Source of the DNA: Giardia intestinalis
Taxonomy: Eukaryota
Length of the DNA: 64,000 nt
Direction: 5' to 3' (one strand)
Assembly (NCBI GenBank): GCA_000002435.2
Contig: CM018790.1
Of the stretch, positions 20,421-29,659 are shown piece after piece. The position numbers and the translations under genes are program-made. Every line of letters starts with the position of its first letter. Position 1 is the first letter of the stretch. The notes beneath the pieces were generated by a model. It had not been told where the DNA came from. It did not search any database and was given only the letters and a program-made list of their open reading frames with translations.

Positions 20421-20970
20421 TCAGGAATGGACACACGAACAACTCGTTCTATTAGAGGTTTATTATATTGGTTCTTCCACTACATGTGGTTGTTTCAAGC
20501 TGTGTGATATACTCCGTACAATGGCTACCCGTCGTGTTACCTGTGTATTGCAAATAGGTTGTATAAAAATTCTGCGCTTGCACATAATGCATAAACCATG
20601 TTAGTAGTTGTTTCCTTGCTTCACAATGACACTATCGGAAATCGTCTATCTATCCTTAGCCCCAGTACATGGTCTAACTTGCTTCTCTGTATCTTGTTTA
20701 GTAATACCAAGAGCTTCTACGATGATTGGTAGCGTGAGTCCTTATGTCGATATAAGTATATATGCTTGAGAAACCGTCATCAGCTCACCAAGAGGCTAGG
20801 AAAGCTCCAGCGCTTCAACCTAAGCGGTCATCGCCTAATGGAGCCGTCCTACCTGCAAGATAAGGGTTGGAGCAGACGTTACAAATTATGTATAGCGGAA
20901 AACAAGAGCTGTGACCTACTGCTCCTTATGACTAATATTTAATATGATTTTCATATGTCTGCACCGCCGT

Positions 20971-21042
20971 GCGGTCATAGTACAGTGGCTAGTATGCGTG
21001 ACTGTCACTCACGTGACCCGGGTTCGATTCCCGGTGACCGCG
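20971..21042 (+). tRNA. tRNA-Asp (anticodon GTC).
   Basis: Manual fold of the 72-nt sequence. Acceptor stem is 7 bp (gcggtca/tgaccgc). It has U8, A14 and a GG in the D-loop. Anticodon stem is cgtga/tcacg with loop cTGTCac (U33, anticodon GTC, A37). The T-arm is ccggg-ttcgatt-cccgg, and the sequence matches an A-box and a B-box (GGTTCGATTCC). Confidence 0.88.
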
Positions 21043-21484
21043 GCTTTGCTTGGTGCCGGCGCAGACGTCTTCACCGGGTCTTTGGGACCGAGGCTGGTTG
21101 CTCCAGGCTGACGCGGAGCCGTCACTTCTTCCTGGTGTACAAGCGTGTCAATCGATGATTATCCTCTCGCTTGAGCACCCATTTGTCATTCTGGTTTGCC
21201 ATCCAGCACTTGAAGTGATGGGTTAATGAGTTTTCAAACAACATACTTCATTGATCATTGCTAAGAATAGCATATCTTTTTGTATGAAGATAACCGTTCC
21301 TCTGTAGATCTTCAATCTAACAGTTAAAGATGTACTATAAAGACGAGCCTACAAGGTTTCTCATAAGAACATATCTAACAGTCCTTGTTCCTTGCAATAT
21401 GTTGTCTTATGATGTAGTTCACTGATAGTAGATACATTTCACCATCCGATCTTGTCACTTGATAAGTTTAGTACGAATGATTCC

Positions 21485-24400
21485 CCCTATTTACTCTCCA
21501 CTTCACCGGGGTAGGGCTGTCGCCTACTACCTGAGTGATCTCCCATGCGAGCCGCCATCCTGGGCAAGCTTCTCACCCATGCATTAGCTGAGATCCGGAA
21601 TCCGAGAGTCGGATGTCCTCGGATCCCGGCGGAAGAACTTCTATGCCCCCCTCCCCTGGAAGCTGCCGCTCCTCGCGGTGCCTCCAGGGTTCCCCCTTCC
21701 TCTGGCTCGTCGGGGTCAACCATCGCCTGATAGCTATTGAGCACCTGCTGTCCCGGGCCTGCCGTCGGTCACAGCAGCCTGGCCTCCACGTGGCCCTGGT
21801 GCTCTACGACGAGGATCGCACGCCACGACCTCGGGTGTCTACCCCGTTCCTCGGGTGCCTCTTTGTCTCCCCATGACGTGGATCATCGACCCTATTGTCG
21901 GAGGTGCGCTCCCCATACGCCTCCATCTTGGAGTCATAGTACGCGTTCGTGGATGCCGATGGAGTACTCCCATGCGTTGTGTCGGGGAGAGGTCCGGCCC
22001 TCTGCTCACGGATCGCAGGGCGCTTTTGCAGGTGGTCCGTCACCCAGCACGAGATCATGTCAGCGCTCACCCTGTGCAGTGCGTCTGGCTCAGTGACGTG
22101 TGGGCTGGTCCATCTGCACCGCACAGCACACTTGGGGGAATGATTCGGTCTGTCGAGGCATCGTCCAAAGCATCAGAAGCGATCAGGACCGGTTCGCCGC
22201 TTGGTTGTCCCGCTCGGCAGCCGGCACCCGTCTACTCGAGGGTGTCAGGCACTGCCAGCTGCTGCGGCAGACGCCTGGCGGGTGGCCCAGGTCACCGCTC
22301 TTCGGTGTGGGCAGGATCAGTCTGCCTCTGCCAACCAGACACCCCAGGGGCCCCATCTCTTGTCGAGGGATTCACATGGGTCACGTGTGGGTCCATCCCG
22401 GCCAGTGGGCAGTGATTGGTGCCATCACTAGTTTCGGCCCTCGATTGCCCTGGGAGCTCCTTCGAGACTAGTTAGAAAGGAGGCCTCCTGTCCCTCTGTG
22501 CTCCTATACCCAGTGCTGACCGTCGAGCTATAGCGTTTCGCCAGGCCTGTCGCCTCTGTGACTATCCCCGTCGTGTCACTGTCGTCACTATGGAAGCTGA
22601 GTGTGTCGTCGACATGGGCAGTGAGCGGGGCATCTCCTTCAGCTCCTGGTGAGCAGGTTCTGTCTCCCGCAGCACAGAAGAATGCTCAGGACCCCGAGGG
22701 ACCGAGCCCAGGGGTGCAGCGTGGCGCAGCCGGAGGAAGGCCTCGACGCAGCTCCTCGGGACTACCTTGTGGAGCGAATCATGATCGTCCATTGATTGTG
22801 GTCGCCCTGTCTCATTCTTGAGGAAGGACCAGACGGAACCGTACAGAGCACGCGTCCCATCCTATGGGTCGCGCTGATAATCTCGCTGAAGGCCTGTTTA
22901 GGGGCCCCGGAACGCCTGCACCCGGATGGGGGCTTGCCAGCGCAGGTCCAGGCCAGAGGGCCCGGGGACTTCAAGCCCCGTGGACTAGTCGCCCTGGCCG
23001 TCTCTTCGTCGGTGATCTGGTAGGGCCGTCCGTGCTCTCCGATGGCTGAGAGGGTCCGTATCCCTCAGGAGCCAGGCCGTCCTGATCCGGCCCTCTGGAT
23101 AGCAAGGTGCTGGTCGTCGGTGGCGCTGTCAGGGTGCAGCTCCCCCTCGAGGCGAGGCAGAGGCTGCAGGCCGGGCAGTAGGATGGTGAATGCCGCTCCT
23201 CCGCTTCCCCGCTGTGTGAGCGAGGCACGTCTCCTCGGCTCTCACCTGGGGCTCTGCGGGGTGCTAGGTACCTTCCCGTGAGCACGTTCGCACGATGGGT
23301 GCTGAAGGGGATGTCCTTCTCTATTCCTATTACTCCACTCAGTGGCGCCCTGCATCCGGTGTCTGTGCTGCATACGTCTGGACGGCCTCACCGCGGAGGG
23401 TCTTCGCTCAGGACAGGCATGTGCTCTTCCGCTCCTACTAGTTCAACGTTCGCCTGGTGCCACTCCAGCGTAGGGCGCTCCTCTCCATCAGGTTCCTAAG
23501 GTCCTCGTTCTTGGTGTGATACCTGATCTCTCCCCCGTGAGGGGTAGGGTTCACGGTGCACTGGTGTGTGTTCGGAGCGACGCCTCCCTTTTAGAGTTCT
23601 GCAGGTTACACGACCCTCTGGGGACAACCAGCGACTGGGACCCCTGTTTGAGGCAAGGGCTGACCTGGCTCCACCGGGCTGCGAGCAACTCAAGGGCGCT
23701 CTGGTGTTGCTGGTCTCTCAACCGCACAGACTTGGCCTGTCCTGGCAGATAGTTGGGGTCGTCCCTGAGCGCCTCCGAGGAATCTGGGAAGCGCTCCGGT
23801 CCGATGCTTTCTGTCCAGAGCATCGCGACGGGCAACGGTGAGGGCCCGCGTGGGACACCGCACTTGGGCGACAAGGCTCGGTGTGCGTGTGCTGGCACCG
23901 TCTGTCGGTCGCAAAGCTGCAGAAGGAGCAGCAAGAGGAGCCCAAAGCGGGAGAGGGTTCTCCAGACGTGCTGCTCGAGACCCTTTAGAAGTCGAAAGAG
24001 ACATGGCAGGAGACGCAGAAGTGGTCGAGTGGCTCTTCGTGCTGTGGATCGCGTAGGAGGTCCCCAAGGGTGCAGTCTCTTAGTGAACCCGGCGTTCTTG
24101 AGCCAGTTCATGTAGTCAGCGAGTGACCCCTTCAGGGCTAGGTGGTCTCCTAGAGAAACGGTCATTGAGAGCCCTGCCACCATGCAACCGTTCTCTGGCA
24201 CAGGGATGTTCGTTGGGGGGAGGAGAATGTGAGAGCTTCCCTGCTCTCATCTCCTTGCTCTTTCGTTCATCCTACTGGGCGCTTTCTTGGCGCTTCGCTC
24301 CAGAGTCCTATGGACCTTCCTCGGTGGCACCTTCATGGGAGCAGTCGCGGGTCTGTTATTTGTTAAAGGCTGGACGTCGGGGCTATCGGCTCCTTCGTCT

Positions 24401-24575
24401 GGGCTTCTTCTTCCGCCGGAGCTGGACGGCGCCCGATTCTCGGACTCTGGGTTCAGACATCGAACAGGTAAATGATCGAAGACCCCCCTGGTGTAGAAAC
24501 TCGCATAGAATTTGCTCGGACGGCAGCTAACAAACCAATCTCGGTGGACAGAGGTATGTTCATAGGGCGTTTGCC
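21485..24575. repeat. GC-rich ~3.1-kb dispersed-repeat element of unknown class (left-arm copy).
   Basis: Abrupt rise in GC. Many overlapping stop-poor pseudo-ORFs on both strands with no domain. Part of the element recurs at 3940..4990. Confidence 0.65.
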
Positions 24576-24669
24576 TTATAGTCATTATCTGGTCATGTTA
24601 CTTAATAAGGTGCTAGCCCTTCATTTTCAGCTGTGTCATTTGTGCTCAACGCTCTTGCTAACCAACTGA

Positions 24670-27590
24670 CTATGTTGGTAGTTTCACTTAAGGTTAGCCA
24701 GATCGCATAAGCATTAACAAAGAAATGCGTACCAGGAAAAGCAAGCTTAGATAAATGCTAAGCATGTGCCAGTGTTATAGACACAGACTTACGCTACGTG
24801 AGTATAATCGAGTGGTAACAGTCTTGTTAATACGGCATCCACCAGCTCCAAAATTATACTTGTAAGAATGAGATATCTATTCAGTGAGTAATATTTATTT
24901 TTCATACGGAAGAGAATGCAATAACTTTACTAGGACAATGAAAATATGTCTGAAGATGCAAGGGCGCGATTGGCAGAATAGAAGAAGTATATCTATATAA
25001 GACTGCCAACACACCCTTAAACATCCATGCCCTATAGAGATCAAGCAATCCTTTGCTGCTTGCAATGAAGTGGCTGGAACTGCGGTCAGTGACACCAGAC
25101 ATAAAAACGTACCTAGTTGTAGAGGACATAATCAGCTTATTAATAAGGTCATCGTGAACGTAAGTAAAATAGATAAAGCAGCTGTACACAAGTTCTATAA
25201 ATAAATGATGCAGATTAGAAGCGGCTACATATCGATGAAAGAGATAGTTGTCTGAATATGTCAGCAAGCCAAATGTACAGGGCAGTAATAAGTGTCATGA
25301 ATGTAAGAATGCAAATGATGGAGTGGGGAGCATCTGGATGTATAACCCCTAATTAACTCATTAATAAGCGCATAAATAAGATACAACAGGCTTTAATCTA
25401 CAAGCAGTGAAACATCTAGTATGGCAGATAAACTGAAGCTTATAGCGAGACCTAACTCCGTGAAAGTAGTGCACATGGTAAGAAGCAGTGCAGTCTATAG
25501 AATAATGTAACCAGAAACAGCACAATTGATGACATAGAATGTACCTTTCTAGTAATCTATTAAAAGCAGAGTCCCTAAAGGTTCCGTTTATATAGCTAGA
25601 ACAAGACCCAATGATGATTATCGTGTACATTGATATTATAACACCATCTGGCTCATCTGAGTGTTAGTTAGTTGATAGTAAAATGCTCTATCAGCAAATA
25701 CACATGCGAAGTGTAACGTATATCATATCATCGGTGAGTATCGATAGGATAGCAGTCCTAATTATAGAACTAAGGAGTGGCTGATATGGAATACTAGCAA
25801 GTGCGTCACAGGATTGTAATTTGTTACTAGATCAGATAAAGATTGATAGGCCAGCGTATGCAGAAGGGCGCTCTGCATGATGATAGGATGATATGAGAAG
25901 TTCTATGCGAATAATAACCACTCCCTTTTATGTTTGCCATTAGAACCTAGTCAAGGAGTGACAGGCTTCTGGAGTAATTGGCCCTTGCACTCTCTGCAGG
26001 GCATGCTGGGTGATAAGGAGCTTTTTGTGACGTTCAAAGAACTCATCCGGTTATACCTACTTTTCCAGAACCACAACTACTAACTAATAAAAAGGGCCTT
26101 GCGTTTAGTCTTACAATAGGGGATCTTATGCATATAAATTCAGTCTTAGATAGCTAGCTTGATGAATTGATATATGGCAAAACAGTACAAAATTAGCCTG
26201 TTTTTAGATTACTCCACTTCTTGTGAAAAGGCTGATCGATGGTCTGGACAAAGTAATACAAACGTCCCTAAGTTTAAGCCATCATTTGTCCATTATCTCC
26301 TAACGCTCCCATTGTAACTAGGTGACTAAAAGCAGAATCTTCATTATATTGCTATAGATTCATCGCAAGGGATTCGCTAACTTTCTTGCTGGACAAGAGC
26401 AGACTCACGCCTCTCCACTGACTCTTTTCCACCATGAACTGATAATAACGTCCTCTCTCTGAGACGTGTGAAGCAGATACTATAGACGCTCAGCCAAGAT
26501 ACTAATCACTATAGTTGTAGATGCATCAAAACTTATGGTAGAGACGGGAATATTATTCACATAGACCCTAAACGCTATACGAATGCCTTGTAAGTTAGTA
26601 TTTTGCGGAAACAGATAAGCGTAGCTTCCAGATCCAAAGTTACGCGCGGACAAGTTATGCTCCCAACACCTGAACTCTAGCATCCATTCCTATGAGTTTT
26701 TCTTCCCAATAACGTCTACCTTATGGGCTCAAAGCTGCAAGTAGTGTCCTTGTCATTGAAAGAAAGATGAACCGGGATAATATAGAAGATCGTGCCATAG
26801 AATACAGCCTCCGAGGATTCGTGTGCCGACGCTCTATAATGCTTGCAGATAACGACAACATCCTTAATGACGGGATACTCCATTGTAAACCTAAAACTAA
26901 AACATAAGATAATATTAGAACAGCAACTTCAAGAAAGACAGTTCAATATGTTCATCTGACTATAAGAAGCTTGGTGATCACCTGCAAGACTGATATGCGG
27001 AATGAGTATGGACACTCAATTCTACTCTTGCAGCTAAATATAACCACCAATCTACTGCCGAGTTCATGCTTCTCAATGAGGTTGTAATTCGATGCATGAC
27101 CGCCATATACCTTCGTTGTCAATGCAGAATAAAACTGTAGGGCTGGCATAGAAATTTATTATGTGTTGTAGAACAGCAAAGTTGGGAGGCGCAGCAGCGA
27201 TACTATATACTGTTAGATAACGTTACAGTAAAACTTCAAAGCAGCTTCTTCTAAGGAAAGAAGACACACAGAATACCGCTGAGAGCATTACTATACCACT
27301 TGGGTTAAGTTTAGTTAGATAGATACAGTCACGTTGTTGGCTCCACTTAGGAAGAGGATAGAGAATTCTGCTAGCAAGCTTGCGAAGCCTATGCTGCTGA
27401 AGGGAGCTTCCAACAACTTGCAGAGCCGCCCCAAGAACGGCCGGAAGGAGATTGGAAGCGACTAGCCACAGTGATCTTGGCGGGCCAAATTTACTTCAGT
27501 TGGGTAGGATGTGGAGGATTCTTTTAGCAGTGCAGATGTCCATAAGAGGTAGCTACAAAGCTGAGGATAAAGCAAGAACCCCAAATAGTA
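24670..27590. other. AT-rich ~2.9-kb non-coding tract (left-arm copy), lying between the GC-rich element and the HCMP 3' fragment.
   Basis: No ORF longer than 121 aa on any frame. Mirrored exactly at 33165..36085. Confidence 0.5.
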
Positions 27591-27591
27591 T

Positions 27592-27834
27592 TCAATTCAA
27601 CGGTGTAGTGATAGATGCAGTAGTGGGAATACGCTTCCGGCTAAGAGCAACGTGCTTCGCCCCATAGGGCTGCGTGCGTCTATACAGGAACCACCACAGG
27701 AGAAAGCCGACCACCGACCCAACGAGGAGAACCGCAGCCACGGACACTCCGGCTATCATGGCTGTCTTCCTTGTCGAGCTCGGGGCTGGAGCTGGAGCTG
27801 GAGTCGGGATGATGCTCGGGAGCGCATCAAAGGA
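27592..27834 (-). pseudogene. Inverted duplicate of the HCMP 3' end (C-terminal TM helix plus cytoplasmic tail) lacking the gene body. It has 3 Pro-Ala units, where the intact gene has 4.
   Basis: Translation YSFDALPSIIPTPAPAPAPSSTRKTAMIAGVSVAAVLLVGSVVGFLLWWFLYRRTQPYGAKHVALSRKRIPTTASITTPLN equals the HCMP C-terminus apart from a 6-bp indel. Upstream sequence is unrelated. Confidence 0.7.
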
Positions 27835-28212
27835 GTAGATATGAGTGGCCCTATCTGCTAGAGTTGGATGTCCATGAATATCTTGTAATTTATAAAGCAT
27901 CCCACCATTTTCATATGCTGAATCTTACCCGTTGCATATATGTATGTACTAACATACAGTAAGAAGGCCGAATATGAGTGTTTCTGAAAGAATTACTTGA
28001 TATCAAAACATTTCCTCTGGACGCAGAGATGTATAGCAGACCATTTTGATCTTCCATCTCACTACAGTTTCTATAAGACGGATGGTCTGAATACAGTGCG
28101 GGGAAAGTGCTGAGTGTTCTAAAACCCATCCGAAGTGGCTAGGTGTGACAATGAGCAAATCTCTATTCTAGATAAAGTAACCAAGTCGTGCTATCAGCAC
28201 TTGGCTTATGCC

Positions 28213-29301
28213 TCATCCCCTTCGACCGCAGATGACACCCCTACCTACAGTATTATGAATGGAGCCGCGGGCATTAGCCTCCCGTGCGAGGGTGAAAGCC
28301 ATTCGGTCAAGTTGTCGTTGACGCTGAATCATGTCCTCTTGAGATACTGAGTCTTTTGAATGGTTAAGCGATGTCTGTATTTCGGAAGGCACAATGAGAG
28401 ATTTGGCTCCGTAGTGGTCACGCATGTACTGCTCAAAGCTGGGACCTGCTCCTTCTATACGCTTGTTCATGTACGCGGCTGCCACGGACTGGGGCTGATC
28501 CGGGAGGGAAGGGGTCCTGCTTGCTGTGGGCAGAACAACAGAGCGCTTGGACAGGAGTTCATCTGCCGTCAAGGCGCGAGCTGGCGCATCCTCTGATTGA
28601 GTGGTTTTAGTTTGGGGAATGACGGCTGTTGACTTCCTGATGAGCGTCCTCTTGGTAAGCTCCGCCTCGCCCAGATACTCGCTTTCCCGGGTCTCTGGAA
28701 GTAGGTATGCATCTGGAATATAGTGCTTTTTGCTGCGCCTGTACTGCTTGAACTCAGCCCCCCAAAGACGAATGGATGCATCCAGCATGAGGAAGTTGTT
28801 GGGTTGGGCCTTGAAGTCATGCATGTCGTACACCTTCGAGAGGAAGGCCAGCAACTTCGGAGAGGGTCGATCGAAAGCCCAGCCCTGAGCGGAGATATGC
28901 GTGTGAAGCTCCATGGCGCGGAAGAGCCGTGTTCCGATCCCTCGGCGCTGCACCGTCTCATGGGTGTAGAAGTCCAGGCAACACATCGCGTCCATCTCGT
29001 GGGTCTCGTTCTGGCTGTCGAGCATAAAGAGATGCTTGATGCCTCCCTTCAGGATCCCGAGGCACTGGTCCTCATCGACAGCTAAGAACAGGAAGTGGTG
29101 GGAATCGCGAATGAATGCCAGGCTAGTTATGGGGCTCGGGAGACCTTGTGCTGCCTGAGACCCGCGCCCCATGCCGTCCAAGATGATCTCGACCTTCTTC
29201 TGCTGGCTGAGAGGCATACTTCTTAGTGATTGATCTGTAAGGAGGACCACCCCGGACCGCCGGAGTCCGAAGGCCTCTGCAACGTTACATCCAAACTGCA
29301 T
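28213..29301 (-). CDS. ATAT1: Alpha-tubulin N-acetyltransferase (MEC-17/ATAT1 family).
   Basis: Colinear with the human ATAT1 catalytic core: LPSPITS, CLDFYTHETVQRRGIGTRLF, AFDRPSPKLLAFLSKVYDMHDF, QPNNFLMLD. The track start at 29319 is GTG; the first ATG is at 29301. Confidence 0.85.
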   Translation of the reverse strand: MQFGCNVAEAFGLRRSGVVLLTDQSLRSMPLSQQKKVEIILDGMGRGSQAAQGLPSPITSLAFIRDSHHFLFLAVDEDQCLGILKGGIKHLFMLDSQNETHEMDAMCCLDFYTHETVQRRGIGTRLFRAMELHTHISAQGWAFDRPSPKLLAFLSKVYDMHDFKAQPNNFLMLDASIRLWGAEFKQYRRSKKHYIPDAYLLPETRESEYLGEAELTKRTLIRKSTAVIPQTKTTQSEDAPARALTADELLSKRSVVLPTASRTPSLPDQPQSVAAAYMNKRIEGAGPSFEQYMRDHYGAKSLIVPSEIQTSLNHSKDSVSQEDMIQRQRQLDRMAFTLAREANARGSIHNTVGRGVICGRRG

Positions 29302-29659
29302 GCTCGAGGCTCGACACACAAATCTGGACTACCTACTTCCTTTGCAAAAATCGATAAAAACGTCATAAACGCTGTAAAATTGAAATGTAGTGTAAGCAAA
29401 GGTATAAGGGTTGATGGCTATAAATCGAGCAATTCTATGCAGCATACCGTAGGGAGAATAACATGATGGCCTGGGCGATGTAAATCATGGGTTTGATTAT
29501 AACGGTTTACAATTTTGAAGAAAGCTTCGGAATCGTTTCTTGCAGGTAAGTGGTTCTGATTAGAATAGGTATGATTGTTGTGTATAGCCTGTAAACAAAA
29601 CCTCTACGCCTGTATTTTGTTAATTTTTATCCTATTATTTCGCAGGTTCATATATTTAA

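Larger units (their letters stand above)
18761..27834. repeat. Left arm (9074 bp) of a large, near-perfect inverted repeat.
   Basis: Every ORF in 18824..27667 has an identical mirror ORF in the right arm, with left + right coordinate = 60755. Nucleotide comparison at the junctions places the boundaries at 18761 (inside the helicase P-loop codon) and 27834 (inside the HCMP C-terminal region). Confidence 0.85.

Noticed and set aside
20955-21158. 67-aa ORF overlapping the tRNA-Asp gene (and its mirror at 39597..39800).
   Set aside because: It is explained by the tRNA and GC-rich flanking sequence, with no coding signal.
21485-24575. GC-rich block considered as an rDNA unit (Giardia rDNA is GC-rich).
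   Set aside because: No SSU/LSU/5.8S landmark motifs are present (530-loop GTGCCAGCMGCCGCGGTAA, SSU 3' end, sarcin-ricin loop). GC is ~62%, not ~75%. The sequence is tiled by random stop-poor ORFs rather than structured RNA blocks.
21487-24585. Dozens of 60-216-aa ORFs on both strands of the GC-rich element and its copies (for example 23551..24201, 21855..22415).
   Set aside because: They overlap one another in all frames, and each has a mirror on the opposite strand in the other arm. High GC depletes stop codons, and I found no domain or RT/endonuclease motif. They are treated as non-coding.
27592-27900. Track ORF 27592..27900 taken as a real small gene.
   Set aside because: Only its 3' 243 bp are homologous (the HCMP tail copy). 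The 5' part reads into unrelated spacer sequence, so it is a gene fragment.
29546-29645. Intron-like sequence upstream of the HCMP start: cag|GTAAGT ... polypyrimidine ... ttcgCAG.
   Set aside because: Giardia cis-introns use GTATGT and a fused ACTAACACACAG branch/acceptor, and 5' UTRs are only a few nt long. There is no upstream exon ORF, so this is a likely chance match.
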